A DNA stretch of 64,000 nt from an uncultured delta proteobacterium (GCA_963767925.1 CAVYGB010000006.1:320001-384000), one strand, 5' to 3'. Shown: positions 21,364 to 31,814, numbered from the stretch's first letter. Notes: generated from the letters alone by a model not told the origin. Translations and numbers: made by a program.

Positions 21364-21966
21364 TCACTTGATGACCTTGGCCAGCCGGAGCAGGTCGCTG
21401 CTGAAGGCGGAGCCCTCGGCCTTGGCGGCCGGCAGGTTGACGACGATGGTGGGCTTGCCGTCCACCGGGAACACCCCGAGGGCGAGCCCCTTCTGCACGT
21501 GCTCCTCACGGCTACCGATGCTCACCATCTTCCGCTTGCGGGTCACCTCGAAGATGGCGGGCAGGTCGGCCTCCATCCCGATGCAGACGTAGAGCACGTC
21601 GACGCTCTGGCTGCTCACCGTCGTCATCAGGGTGGGGCCGTTGCTGAACGAGAGCTGGCTGATCTTCACCCCCAGCCCCTGTACCTTGGTGCCGCCGATG
21701 CCCCGGAAGGCCTTCACCATGGCGGCGGCCATGGTCTCGGAGGCGGGGTTGCCCGCCTTGGCCATCACGGCCACCGTGACGTCGTCGCCCGCGCGGTTCT
21801 TGATCTCGTCATCGTAGGCCAGCGCGCGGGTCAGGATGAGGACCTGGCGCTCGGGCGGGACCTCCTGCGCCGCCAGGGGCGCGGCCAGCCCGAGGACGAT
21901 GAGCAAGCAGAACGCCCCGACGAGGGACTCGACCCGGCGCCGTATGAAAGGTCCACTGCAGCTCAC
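21364..21966 (-). CDS. YfiR/HmsC-like (DUF4154) periplasmic protein
   Basis: Signal peptide; VDVLYV, GLALG and KPTIVVNLPAAKAEGSAFSSDLLRLAKVI C-terminus typical of the family. Confidence 0.8.
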   Translation of the reverse strand: MSCSGPFIRRRVESLVGAFCLLIVLGLAAPLAAQEVPPERQVLILTRALAYDDEIKNRAGDDVTVAVMAKAGNPASETMAAAMVKAFRGIGGTKVQGLGVKISQLSFSNGPTLMTTVSSQSVDVLYVCIGMEADLPAIFEVTRKRKMVSIGSREEHVQKGLALGVFPVDGKPTIVVNLPAAKAEGSAFSSDLLRLAKVIK

Positions 21967-22224
21967 GTCATCTAACCGAGTAGCTCTAAGTCAAGGCCTC
22001 AAAGGTGAGTCGATATGCTCGCGCCTAGGTCATGGCCTTGCCCATCGACCCAACGCACGCGAACCTTTACCGGGGCTTCCATGGACGCCCAAGGAGTGTA
22101 GGGAGGCTTTCATTTCCTTCTATGACGATCATCGAGCGCGCCAGCTTCGATTCGGGATCGAGCGCCCGCGTCTAAAGTCGAACCGGAGGGGTGCCGACCA
22201 TAAGGGCCGACAAAGGCGCGGAAC

Positions 22225-22794
22225 ATGGCACTCGAGAATCAATTGGCCGACCTGTCCACGCCCAGCGCGGAGCTCGCCGAGCTCGCCGCCCGCAACGAGA
22301 AGAGCGCCGACGCCGACGATGGCTCCGCCCCGCTCGAGCAGGCCGAGCCCCCGCTGTCGCTGCTGTTCCTCCGCGTCGGACGGCGCTGGTTCAGCGTCAA
22401 GTCCGAGTCGGTGCGAGAGGTGAGCACCAAGGGCTACGTCACCCGTGTACCGACCGCTCCCACCTACGTGCTGGGCGTGACCCTCATCCGGGGGCGGCTG
22501 GTGCCGGTGCTGGCCCTCGAGGGCATGCTGGGCGCCATCACCGCCGGTGACACGGCCCAGACCCTGCCCCGGCTGGTGATCTTGCGTCACGAGGAGACCG
22601 AGATCGCGGTGGTGGCCGACGAGACCCGGGGCATCATCGAGCATCGCCTCCAGGACGCCGGCGACGGCAAGCGGTCGGCCGACCGCCCCCGCTACCTGGG
22701 CTCCGAGTTCACCTGGGACGGGCGCCTGGTCTGCATGATCGACGTGCCTCTGTTGATAGCCGAGGCCACGCCCCAGGGAACGGCCCGCCCGTGA
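22225..22794 (+). CDS. cheW: CheW scaffold protein
   Basis: VREV..., TRVPTAPTYVLGVTLIRGRLVPVL and AVVADE motifs. Confidence 0.85.
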   Translation: MALENQLADLSTPSAELAELAARNEKSADADDGSAPLEQAEPPLSLLFLRVGRRWFSVKSESVREVSTKGYVTRVPTAPTYVLGVTLIRGRLVPVLALEGMLGAITAGDTAQTLPRLVILRHEETEIAVVADETRGIIEHRLQDAGDGKRSADRPRYLGSEFTWDGRLVCMIDVPLLIAEATPQGTARP

Positions 22795-23198
22795 TCGTGC
22801 GGCCCACCATCCCCATCTTGCGCTGCTCGGCCGCCGGGATTCCGCTGGGCTTCGCCGCCGAGGAGGTGGCCGAGTTCCAGGTGGCGGGCCAGCGCACGCC
22901 CCACCTGGCCACCCTGCTGGGGATGAGGCCGGCGGGATCGACCCCTCCCGAGCCGAGCGAGACCGAGAAGCGCGAGCGGAAGACCCTCCGCCTGCGCGCG
23001 GGCCGCACGGCGGCCCTGGTGGCGGTGGACGGCCCCCTCAGCCTGCGGGCCGTCGCCCAGGCCGACGTCTTGCCTTTGCCGAAGCTGTTCAGGAAGGGAG
23101 CCATCGCGCCGATCATCGGATTCGCCGAGGAGGAAGGTCGGGTCGTCCTGCTGCTGGACGTACCCGGCATCATCCAGATGGCGACGGGCGCCTGGTGA
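22791..23198 (+). CDS. Divergent CheW-like protein
   Basis: HLATLLG, ALVAVDG, VLPLP and VLLLDV motifs; GTGA overlap with cheW. Confidence 0.6.
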   Translation: MIVRPTIPILRCSAAGIPLGFAAEEVAEFQVAGQRTPHLATLLGMRPAGSTPPEPSETEKRERKTLRLRAGRTAALVAVDGPLSLRAVAQADVLPLPKLFRKGAIAPIIGFAEEEGRVVLLLDVPGIIQMATGAW

Positions 23199-23217
23199 CG
23201 CAAACAAGGATGGGAAA

Positions 23218-24573
23218 ATGAAGAAACTGGGCCTACGTTCGCGCTTGATGTTGACGATCTCGCTGCTCATCACGGCGATCGCCGGCTTCTTCGCGGTCTA
23301 TTTTCCCAGGAAGCAAGAAGAGGCGGCCAACATCGCGCTGCAGACGCGGGCCCTGGCGGTGTCGACGATCCTGGCCAAGCTTGTCGCGCCGGCGGTCGAG
23401 TTCGACGACGAGAAGGGGGGCTCGGCCGAGCTCCGCAACGTCAAGGACCAGCCCGACCTCCTCTACATCGCCGTCCTCCGCCAGGACGGCTCCTCCTTCT
23501 TCCGCCATCGCAGCAAGGGGGTGAACGCCAACCAGGAGCTGATCGAGCCGGTCACCGAGCAGAAGATCACCGATCGGAACAACGCCCTGCACGTGAGCAT
23601 GCCCCTCGTCAGCAAGGACGTCTCGGTGATCGGCACGGTGGTGGCGGGGTTCTCCCGGCAGTCGATAATCACCACCCAGAAGCAGAGCTTGCGGGCCGCC
23701 CTGGTCGTGAGCGCGGGCATCTTCCTGATCGGCCTGATGGTGGCCTGGGTGCTCAGCGTGGGGATCTCCAAACCCCTGCACGACGCCTCCCGCCGCCTCT
23801 CGGTGCTGTCCCAGGAGCTGGTGGGCGCGGCCCGCGGTCAGGAGTCGGCGGGCGCCGAACACGCCGCCGCGATCGAGGAGACCCGCCGCACCATGGAGCT
23901 GGTGCTGGGATCGGCCCAGGAGATCGCCCAGAGCTCCAGCATGGTGCTCGGCAACGCCGAGCGGACGGTGCAGGGCAACCGGGACGTCGCCCAGCGGATC
24001 AAGGAGCTCAACACCCACGCCGAGAAGGTGGCGGAGGTGCTCGCCACGATCATGCAGGTGGCCGACCGCACCGACCTGCTCGCCCTCAACGCCGCCCTCG
24101 AGGGGACCAAGGCCGGCGAGGCGGGCCGGGGCTTCGCCCTGGTGGCGGCCGAGATGCGCCGGCTGGCCGAGAGCGTGATGGAGTCGGTGGCCGTCATCCG
24201 CAAGCTGATGAACGACGTGCGCTCCGCCTCCCAGTCGGCGGTGCAAGCCGGTCAGGAGGGCATCGCCCTGTCCGAGCAAACCACCCGTTCGGCCGGGGAC
24301 ATCGCCCTCGTCACCCAGAAGCAGCGCCAGGCCACCGAGGAGGTGGGGCGCAGCATGGACGAGATGGCCGGCGCGGTGGCCAACACGATGGCCAACACCC
24401 GCCAGACCGTGCGCACGGCGGGCGAGCTGGCCGAGCTGGCCGGCGCCATCTCCTCGCTCATCGGGCGGGCGGGCCGCGAAGCGGGCGACCCCCGCGGGCC
24501 CGGCGGGATCACCCGCACCCGGCAGAATCAATCCCTGAACCACGAGGACTCGGAGGCCGCCGGGGGGGTCTAG
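23218..24573 (+). CDS. Methyl-accepting chemotaxis protein (2 TM, periplasmic sensor, short signalling domain)
   Basis: Hairpin tip RTDLLALNAALEGTKAGEAGRGFALVAAEMRRLAE; two hydrophobic helices flank ~130 aa. Confidence 0.9.
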   Translation: MKKLGLRSRLMLTISLLITAIAGFFAVYFPRKQEEAANIALQTRALAVSTILAKLVAPAVEFDDEKGGSAELRNVKDQPDLLYIAVLRQDGSSFFRHRSKGVNANQELIEPVTEQKITDRNNALHVSMPLVSKDVSVIGTVVAGFSRQSIITTQKQSLRAALVVSAGIFLIGLMVAWVLSVGISKPLHDASRRLSVLSQELVGAARGQESAGAEHAAAIEETRRTMELVLGSAQEIAQSSSMVLGNAERTVQGNRDVAQRIKELNTHAEKVAEVLATIMQVADRTDLLALNAALEGTKAGEAGRGFALVAAEMRRLAESVMESVAVIRKLMNDVRSASQSAVQAGQEGIALSEQTTRSAGDIALVTQKQRQATEEVGRSMDEMAGAVANTMANTRQTVRTAGELAELAGAISSLIGRAGREAGDPRGPGGITRTRQNQSLNHEDSEAAGGV

Positions 24574-24628
24574 ACCCCGGTGGATGGCGGCGGGCTCTTC
24601 GAGGCGCGACTAGCTCCGGTGGGGTTTC

Positions 24629-26839
24629 GTGGCGGGTGATCAGGATGCAAAGCTCCGCAGACGGCTCGAGACGTTCAGAACCGTCGCGCAGGAGCGGCTG
24701 GACCGGCTGAACCTCGGCTGGATCCAGTTCGAGCAGGGGACCGGCGGGCCCAACGCCGGGACCGTCTTCCTGCGCGAGATCCACACCCTCAAGGGGGAGG
24801 CGGGCCTGACCGGCTTCGCCTCGGTCTCGCGCCTGCTGCACCGGCTGGAAGACCTGGTCGGGGCGGTGGTCAAGTCGGGGGCTGCCCTCGACGCCAGCGC
24901 CGGCGACCTGGTGATGCGGGGCCTCGATCTGGCCGGCACGGTCATCAAGCGCGCGCCCGAGGCGGAGTCCCCCGACATCAACACCTTCCTCGAGGAGGTG
25001 CCCAAGCCCGATTCCAGGCCCAGCGCCCCGGTGGCCAGTCCGGTGCCGGTCGCGCCGGCGCCGGCGCCGCCACCTCCCGCGGCGGCGAGCGTGCCCCATC
25101 CGCCCGCCGCGCCCGCGGCCGCGGCCCACCCCCCCGAGGCGCCCCGCCGGGCCCAGGAGGCCGTGCGCCTCACCTCGGAGAAGCTCGACAGCCTGCGCGA
25201 TCTGGTGGCCGAGCTGCTGCTGACCCGGGTCCGCCTGGAACGATCGGCGGCCGAGCTGCGCAACGCCAAGGAGACCGCCCTCGAGCTGCGGCAGACCACC
25301 CGCCAGCCCGGGCAGCTCGCCAGCCGGGAGATCAACCAGCTCGGCGAGGCCCTCTCCGGCCTGGAGGTCCGCCTGCGCGACGAGGCCCACCAGGTCAGCC
25401 GGCTGGTGGGGGGCCTCGACTCGTCCACCCGCGATCTGCGCATGGTGCCCCTGGGCTTCCTGCTCGATCGCTTCCCGGTGGCGGTGCGGACCCTCTCGCG
25501 CAAGCTCGGCAAGCAGGTCCAGCTCCGCACCGAGGGCGACGTCACCGAGGTCGACCGGGAGGTGCTCGAGCGGCTGGCCGAACCGCTGCTCCACCTCATC
25601 ACGAACGCCGTCGACCACGGGATCGAGGACGTCGAGAAGCGGACCAAGTCCGGCAAGCCCGCCGAGGCAACCCTGGTGCTGCGGGCCTGGCTGGCCGGTC
25701 AGACCCTGCACGTGGAGGTGACCGACGACGGCGGCGGCATCGACGCCCGGTCGGTGCGCGAGCGGGCCATCAGCCTCAAGATCCTCGACCCGATGAGCGC
25801 CCGCCAGGTCAGCGACGACCAGATCATCCGCACCATCTTCTCGGCCGGCTTCTCCAGCCGCAGCCAGGTGACCGAGACCTCGGGGCGAGGCATCGGCCTC
25901 AACGTGGTGCTCTCGGCGGTCGAGGGGCTCGGCGGCCGGGTCGAGGTACGCACCACCCTGGGCCACGGGACGGTGTTTCACCTGCAGGTGCCCGTGACGG
26001 TGGCCATCTCGGCGGTGGTGCTGTTCCGCACCGGCGCCTCCCGCTACGCCATCCCCACCTCGGCGGTGGAGACCATCATCGAGAACACGGCCGAGGCCAG
26101 CGTCGACAGCGTCGACGGGCGGGCCATCAAATACTCCGGCCGGGTGATCCCCTTGATCTCCCTGGAGTCGCTGCTGGGTGAGCAGAGCATCGGGGTGAGC
26201 AAGGCCGGGCGGGGCGGGCGGATCCTCATCGTGCGCAGCGGCGGCGATCGGGTGGCCCTGGGCGGCAGCTTCGATCACGTCGAGCGCGAGGTCGTGCTCA
26301 AGCCGGCGGGCAAGTTCTTCGAGCAGCAGCGCCTGGTGAGCGCCGCCGTGCACCTCGAGGACGGGTCGCTGGCCCTGGTCCTCAAGCCGGCCGAGCTGGT
26401 GTTCGCCGCCCGGGGCGAGCGGCGCCCCGAGGTCGTGGTGGCGGGAAACTCGGCCCCCCGCACCGGGTTCGGCAAGACCGTGCTGGTCGTCGACGACTCG
26501 CCGGTGGTGCGGGACCTGATCGCGGACGCGCTGCGAGCCCACGGCATGCGGGTCATCGAGGCGGGCGATGGCGAGGAGGCCCTCAGTCTGCTGGCCACCC
26601 ATCCGAGTATTGATCTGGTGGTAACCGACTTCGAGATGCCGCGCCTCGACGGCATCGGCCTCATCCGGGCCAACCGGGCCCGGGAGAGCGGCCGCCGGCT
26701 GCCCATGGTGGTGGTCTCGATGCGTGGGAGCGAGAGCGACAAGCGGCTCGCCCTCGACGCGGGCGCCGACTCCTACCTGGTCAAGAGCGACTTCTCCCAC
26801 GCCGGCCTCTGGACGATGATCTCGCGTTTCCTGGGGTGA
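24629..26839 (+). CDS. cheA: Hybrid CheA-REC histidine kinase
   Basis: HPt IHTLKG; NAVDHG, DDGGGID, FSAGFS and SGRGIGL boxes; CheW domain; C-terminal REC (VVDDS, TDFEMP). Confidence 0.92.
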   Translation: MAGDQDAKLRRRLETFRTVAQERLDRLNLGWIQFEQGTGGPNAGTVFLREIHTLKGEAGLTGFASVSRLLHRLEDLVGAVVKSGAALDASAGDLVMRGLDLAGTVIKRAPEAESPDINTFLEEVPKPDSRPSAPVASPVPVAPAPAPPPPAAASVPHPPAAPAAAAHPPEAPRRAQEAVRLTSEKLDSLRDLVAELLLTRVRLERSAAELRNAKETALELRQTTRQPGQLASREINQLGEALSGLEVRLRDEAHQVSRLVGGLDSSTRDLRMVPLGFLLDRFPVAVRTLSRKLGKQVQLRTEGDVTEVDREVLERLAEPLLHLITNAVDHGIEDVEKRTKSGKPAEATLVLRAWLAGQTLHVEVTDDGGGIDARSVRERAISLKILDPMSARQVSDDQIIRTIFSAGFSSRSQVTETSGRGIGLNVVLSAVEGLGGRVEVRTTLGHGTVFHLQVPVTVAISAVVLFRTGASRYAIPTSAVETIIENTAEASVDSVDGRAIKYSGRVIPLISLESLLGEQSIGVSKAGRGGRILIVRSGGDRVALGGSFDHVEREVVLKPAGKFFEQQRLVSAAVHLEDGSLALVLKPAELVFAARGERRPEVVVAGNSAPRTGFGKTVLVVDDSPVVRDLIADALRAHGMRVIEAGDGEEALSLLATHPSIDLVVTDFEMPRLDGIGLIRANRARESGRRLPMVVVSMRGSESDKRLALDAGADSYLVKSDFSHAGLWTMISRFLG

Positions 26840-26840
26840 G

Positions 26841-27854
26841 ATGTCCGTCCGGGTGGTGATCGTCGACGATTCGCCGCTCGTGCGGGGTCTGCTCCGGGAG
26901 GCGCTCAGCGAGCAGCCGGACCTGCAGGTGGTGGGCGAGGCCGGCGATGGTCTGGCCGCGCTCCGGCTCATCAAGCAGGCCCGGCCCGACGTCGTCACCA
27001 TGGACGTCCTCATGCCCATCATGGGTGGACCGGAGGCCATCCGCCGGGTGATGCAGGAGTGTCCCACCCCCATCGTCGTGTTCGCCGCCGCGCGCGCCGA
27101 CCAGAACCTGGCCTGGCAAGCGCTCGAGAGCGGCGCAGCCGAGGTGTTCGCCAAGCCGACAGCCGGGCTCGACGCGGTCACGGTGGCCAACCTGGCCGCC
27201 GCCCTCCGCCGCGCCGCCAGCGCCCGGGTGGCCCGGCGGCCGGCCTTCGAGCCCGCCCCCGCCCCCCGCCCCCACGCCGTCCGGGCCCACACCGCCGTGA
27301 TCGGCATCGTGGGATCGACCGGCGCCCCCCGGGTGCTCCAGGCCATCCTCTCGGCGCTGCCCGCCTCTTTCCCCTGGCCCATCGCGATCGTGCAGCACAC
27401 CCTGCGCGGCTTCGCCGATTCGCTCGCCAAGTGGCTGGCCGGCTACACCGCGCTGCGGGTCGAGCTGGCCCGCAACGGCACCGAGCTCAAGCGGGGCACC
27501 GTGCTGGTCGCCCCCGACGACGCCCACCTCGAGATCCAGTCCAAGGGGCGGGTCCACCTCAACCCGGGGCCCTCGGTCGACGGACACCGGCCCTCGGCCA
27601 CCGTGCTGCTGCGCTCGCTGGCCAGCGCCTACGGCATCCGGGCCGCCGGCCTGGTGCTCACCGGCATGGGCCGTGACGGCGCCGAGGGGGCGGCGGCCAT
27701 CGACGCGGCCAGGGGGCTCATGATCGTCGAAGAGCCGCGCACCGCCATGTTGCCGAGCATGCCGGGGGAGGCCCTGGGGCGCGTCCCCAGCGCCATCCGC
27801 GAGGAGGCCGAGCGGCTGGGCCACCTCTTGCTGGAGCTGTCGGGGCGGCCATGA
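26841..27854 (+). CDS. cheB: CheB methylesterase with REC domain
   Basis: REC domain followed by catalytic S (GSTG), H (VQH) and D (GMGRDG). Confidence 0.92.
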   Translation: MSVRVVIVDDSPLVRGLLREALSEQPDLQVVGEAGDGLAALRLIKQARPDVVTMDVLMPIMGGPEAIRRVMQECPTPIVVFAAARADQNLAWQALESGAAEVFAKPTAGLDAVTVANLAAALRRAASARVARRPAFEPAPAPRPHAVRAHTAVIGIVGSTGAPRVLQAILSALPASFPWPIAIVQHTLRGFADSLAKWLAGYTALRVELARNGTELKRGTVLVAPDDAHLEIQSKGRVHLNPGPSVDGHRPSATVLLRSLASAYGIRAAGLVLTGMGRDGAEGAAAIDAARGLMIVEEPRTAMLPSMPGEALGRVPSAIREEAERLGHLLLELSGRP

Positions 27855-29314
27855 ACCGGGCAGAGACCTTCCACCTGCTGCGCGAGCGCTTCCGGGTGTG
27901 GACCGGAAACCTGCTCTCGGTGACCCGCTCGACCGCGGCCATGGAGGCCCTGAGCGACCTGTCGGCCCGCCGCCGGGTTCCCCCCGATCGCTTCCTCGAC
28001 ATGGCCGATCGCAGCCCCAGCGATCGCCAGGAGCTGATCGAGCGCCTCACCATCCGCACCACCTGGTTCATGCGTGAGCCCGACGCCATCCTGGCCCTGG
28101 CGGCGGCGTTCAAGAAGCGGGCCGGCCTGCACGGCAGCCACCGGGTGACGCTCTGGTCGGTGGCCTGCGCCACCGGCGAGGAGCCCTACACGCTGGCGAT
28201 GGCCCTCATCGACGCCGGGCTCGAGCCCATCATCCTGGCCACCGACATCAGCGGTGACGCCCGGGCCACCGGTGAGCTCGGGCAATACCCGCGCAACCGC
28301 ATCGACGAGCTGCCCCTGCGCTGGCGCCAGCGCTTCTTCCTCTCGGCGGGGGCCGACCGGGTGCAGGTGGCGCCCGGCATCCGCGACGCGGTCTCCTTCG
28401 TCGAGCACAACCTCGTGCAGTCGCAGCGCCCCCCGCCCGGCTGGGCCATGTTCGACGCCATCGTGTGCCGGAACGTGCTGCTCTACTTCGATCGAAGCGA
28501 AGCGGTGCGCCTGCTGCGCGAGCTCTCCCTGGCCTGCCGGGAGGAGGGCTACGTGCTGCTGAGCGCGGCCGAACATCCGCTGGCCTGGTCCATCTCCACC
28601 CTGGGCTTCGAGCCCAAGAGCGAGACGCCTCTGCTGCGCCGGCGCCGGCGCAACGACCCCTCTTCCACACTGGCGGCCTTCGATCGGAGCGAGACGTCTG
28701 GTTTCTTCAACCCCGACGGGGTTTCGCGCCGGGACATCTCCGGCCTCATCGCGCTGCACCCGCCCGGCCTGGTCAACGGCGGGCCCCGGCCCGCCCCGCC
28801 GCCGGCCGCGCCCCCGGTCGAGGCGCCGCCACCCCCACCCCCCGCCAGCGCCAGCACGAGCGGAGGGGCCACCCCCCAGCCGACGCTCAACCCGGCGGCC
28901 TACGCCAAGGATCTGCACGCCGCCAACGCGGTCGCGCGTCAGGGCGACCTCGACAGCGCGCTGGGGCTGCTCAAGCGCATCGTCGAGCGCGACGCCCTCG
29001 CCGCCCACGCCCACCTGGCGATCGGGCTGCTCCTCAAGAAGCAGGGCCGTCTGGCCGAGGCCACCTCCGCCCTGCGGCGGGCGCGTTTCCTCTTCGGCGA
29101 CGACTCCTGGCTGGCCCCCTACACCCTGGCGGTCTGCCTGGAGGCCCGTGGCGACTGGCGCGAGGCGCTCGAGGGATACCGGCAAGCGGCCGCCGTGCTC
29201 GAGTGGGGGGGACCGTCGGGGCTGCTCGACCTCGAGGCCAACGAGCAAGATTTCGCTTCGACCGTTCTGGAGAGTTGTCTTCGACGAATGGGGACGCTGC
29301 AAAGTCGCACCTGA
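27851..29314 (+). CDS. cheR: CheR methyltransferase with C-terminal TPR (WspC/FrzF-like)
   Basis: TWFMRE, WSVACATGEEPYT, ATDIS and CRNVLLYF motifs; TPR helices after a Pro linker. Confidence 0.9.
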   Translation: MNRAETFHLLRERFRVWTGNLLSVTRSTAAMEALSDLSARRRVPPDRFLDMADRSPSDRQELIERLTIRTTWFMREPDAILALAAAFKKRAGLHGSHRVTLWSVACATGEEPYTLAMALIDAGLEPIILATDISGDARATGELGQYPRNRIDELPLRWRQRFFLSAGADRVQVAPGIRDAVSFVEHNLVQSQRPPPGWAMFDAIVCRNVLLYFDRSEAVRLLRELSLACREEGYVLLSAAEHPLAWSISTLGFEPKSETPLLRRRRRNDPSSTLAAFDRSETSGFFNPDGVSRRDISGLIALHPPGLVNGGPRPAPPPAAPPVEAPPPPPPASASTSGGATPQPTLNPAAYAKDLHAANAVARQGDLDSALGLLKRIVERDALAAHAHLAIGLLLKKQGRLAEATSALRRARFLFGDDSWLAPYTLAVCLEARGDWREALEGYRQAAAVLEWGGPSGLLDLEANEQDFASTVLESCLRRMGTLQSRT

Positions 29315-29323
29315 GAGGGAAAC

Positions 29324-29698
29324 ATGGACACTGGTATCGTGTACCTGGATGACAGCGAAGTTTCGCTCGAGGCGGTCAAGGACGGCCTCGAAGCTTGCGG
29401 ACTACAGGTCACCACCCACCGCAACCCGGTGACCATTTACGCGGCGCTGGCCTCGGTCAAACCGGCCCTGCTGCTGCTGGACGCCAACATGCCGACGCTC
29501 GACGGCAAGACGATCTGCGCGCTGGTCAAACGCCACCTGCCCAAGCTGCCGATCGCCCTGTTCTCGTCGCTCTCGGCGGCCGAGCTGGCGGCGCTGGTGC
29601 GCCAGTGCGGGGCCGACGGCTACATCGTCAAGACCGGGGACTACGCCAAGGTGGCCAAGGACATCCGCGGCATCATCGCCCGCAGAGCAGCCGGCTGA
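29324..29698 (+). CDS. Single-domain response regulator
   Basis: LDDS, LLDANMP (phospho-Asp) and GADGYIVK motifs. Confidence 0.85.
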   Translation: MDTGIVYLDDSEVSLEAVKDGLEACGLQVTTHRNPVTIYAALASVKPALLLLDANMPTLDGKTICALVKRHLPKLPIALFSSLSAAELAALVRQCGADGYIVKTGDYAKVAKDIRGIIARRAAG

Positions 29699-29783
29699 CG
29701 TACAGGCCCGCACCCGTGAAGTCGGACCGGGCATCTGCCGATGAGAAGCGAAAGGCCCCAGCTCAACCGCTGGCTTCTCGATC

Positions 29784-31127
29784 GTGACTTTGCAGCCCAG
29801 TCGAATCCCCATAGCAGACCCCGAGGACGGCGGCGCGCCGGAGTCCGGCGAGGCGAGCTCCAGTCCCGGTGCGCCCGGGCGCCTGCTGGTCGTCGACGAC
29901 TCGCTCGTGACGGTGGATGTGGTCTCCGACTTCATGCAGGACCAGGGCTGGGAGGTGGAGACCGCCCTGTCGGCCGCCCAGGCCCTCGAGAAGCTGAGCG
30001 CCTTCCGGCCCGAGGTGGTGGTCTCGGACCTCAACATGCCCGACCTCGACGGCCTGGGCCTGTTCCGTCGCATCCGCCAGGTCGACGCCACCGTGCCGGT
30101 GATCATGTTGTCGGGGGAAGACCGGCTCGAGTCGGTGCTCGCCAGCATGCACGCCGGGGTGTTCGATTTCGTGCAGAAGCGGGACTGCGTGCACACCCTC
30201 CCGGCGGCTGCGCTGCGAGCGGTGGCCCACTGTCGGGTGGTGCGCGAGAACCGCCGCCTCAACGGCGACCTCATGCGCATGAACGAGGCGCTCGAGCGGC
30301 GGGTCCAGGAGCAGACCGCCTTGCTGGAGGATCGCATGCGCCGGGCGGCCGCCCTCGAGACGGCGGCCGCCGTGGCTCCCCTGCGCAAGGAGCTGGAGAT
30401 CGCCCAGCACATCCAGACCTCGATCCTCCCGAAGAACTTCGACGTGGCCGGGCTGAAGATCGCCGCCCACATGTTGCCGGCGGCGGTGGTGGGGGGCGAC
30501 TACTTCGACGTGCGGCCGGTGCCCGACGGGGCCTGGATCGGGGTGGGCGACGTGTCGGGCCACGGGCTCACCGCCGGCCTGCTGATGCTGATGATCCAGA
30601 GCGGCATCTCCGCCCTCACCCTGCAGCGCCCCGAGGCCCTGCCCCACGAGCTCCTGCCCCACCTCAACCGGCTCATGTGGGAAAACGTCCGCGAGCGCCT
30701 GGGGCGGGACGACTTCGCCACCTTGTGCCTCATCCGCTACTTCCGCGACGGCCGTCTGCTGCACGCCGGCGCCCACGAGGACATCCTGGTGTGTCGCGCG
30801 GCCGGGGGACCCTGCGAGCGGATCGCCGCGCCGGGCACCTGGCTGGGAGGGGTGCGGGACATCCGCCGCGCCACCAAGACCCACAACATCCAGCTCGCCG
30901 ATGGAGACACGGTGGTGCTGTTCACCGACGGCATCACCGAGGCTCGGGCCGGCGACCGCAGCTTCTATGGCCTCGACGGCCTGTGCGGGGCCATCGAGAC
31001 CAACCGCTCGCTGGAGGTGGAGGACCTGCGCGAGGCGGTCATGCGCGACGTGCTGAGCTGGTCGCCCACCCCGGAAGACGACATGACCATCATGGTCATG
31101 CGCTACCAGAGCCCCCCGCCCGCCTAG
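29784..31127 (+). CDS. REC-coiled coil-PP2C (SpoIIE/RsbU-like) phosphatase
   Basis: REC (SDLNMP); VGGDYFD, GDVSGHG, FTDGITE and EDDMT PP2C motifs. Confidence 0.9.
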   Translation: MTLQPSRIPIADPEDGGAPESGEASSSPGAPGRLLVVDDSLVTVDVVSDFMQDQGWEVETALSAAQALEKLSAFRPEVVVSDLNMPDLDGLGLFRRIRQVDATVPVIMLSGEDRLESVLASMHAGVFDFVQKRDCVHTLPAAALRAVAHCRVVRENRRLNGDLMRMNEALERRVQEQTALLEDRMRRAAALETAAAVAPLRKELEIAQHIQTSILPKNFDVAGLKIAAHMLPAAVVGGDYFDVRPVPDGAWIGVGDVSGHGLTAGLLMLMIQSGISALTLQRPEALPHELLPHLNRLMWENVRERLGRDDFATLCLIRYFRDGRLLHAGAHEDILVCRAAGGPCERIAAPGTWLGGVRDIRRATKTHNIQLADGDTVVLFTDGITEARAGDRSFYGLDGLCGAIETNRSLEVEDLREAVMRDVLSWSPTPEDDMTIMVMRYQSPPPA

Positions 31128-31158
31128 CAGCCCGAGCGAAGCGAGGGAACCCGACTAC
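31125..31158 (+). repeat. REP-like element
   Basis: TAGCAGCCCGAGCGAAGCGAGGGAACCCGACTAC, starting at the phosphatase TAG stop. Confidence 0.75.
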
Positions 31159-31166
31159 TTCGAAAA

Positions 31167-31814
31167 ATGTCCTCTGACGCAGCTACGCGGACCCGGCCCG
31201 CCCGCTCAACTTCACCGCCTGTCCCTCCGATATCAGCCTGGTCCGCTCGCGGTGTGGCGCCGACGGAGACCTTCCCCCTGAGCAGCAGCAAGACAAAGAC
31301 CCAGCCGTTGCCGATTCCCGAGCTGCCCCGGGCCTTCGGCTTCGATCTCAGCATCGATCCCAACCCCCGGTTCGTGTCGGTGGTGCGGCGCTTCGTGGAG
31401 GCCTCCTGCGAGCGGCTGCTCTGTGACCCGGAGGCCGTGTTCCGGGTGTCGATGAGCGCCCACGAGCTGATGGAAAACGCCGCCAAATACGCTATCGGGT
31501 CCAAGAGCCTGTTGCGGGTCTCGTTCAAACGCGACGAGCACGGCGACGCCCAGGTCGCCCTCTACCTGAGCAACGAGACCACCCCCGAGCACATCGAGCG
31601 GCTGCGCGAGCGGGTCACCGCCATCATCTCGGCGCCCGACCCCTTCGAGCACTATCAGAAGTTGATGCGACAAAACGCCCGCATCACCTTCGAGTCGGGG
31701 CTGGGCCTGGCCCGCATCCGGGCCGAAGGCCACATGGTCCTGGACCTGGAGGTCCGGGGTAACTCCGTTGCGATAATCGCCAACACCCGCGTGGAAAAAG
31801 AGGCAGTGCGATGA
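31167..31814 (+). CDS. Partner-switch GHKL Ser/Thr kinase (SiaB/RsbW/Slr1658-like), copy 1
   Basis: HELMENAAKY N-box and ESGLGLARI G-box; no HisKA domain; start uncertain. Confidence 0.7.
   Translation: MSSDAATRTRPARSTSPPVPPISAWSARGVAPTETFPLSSSKTKTQPLPIPELPRAFGFDLSIDPNPRFVSVVRRFVEASCERLLCDPEAVFRVSMSAHELMENAAKYAIGSKSLLRVSFKRDEHGDAQVALYLSNETTPEHIERLRERVTAIISAPDPFEHYQKLMRQNARITFESGLGLARIRAEGHMVLDLEVRGNSVAIIANTRVEKEAVR

Noticed and set aside
21323..21366. CCGATCA heptamer repeats between yfiR and the binding-protein gene
   Set aside because: Too short and imperfect to assign a function beyond a possible small hairpin
24509..27430. Long antisense and alternate-frame ORFs (also 13230..15254, 48885..50924, 60750..62756, 5349..7712 and others)
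   Set aside because: Shadow ORFs of high-GC genes; they overlap well-supported genes and show no recognisable motifs
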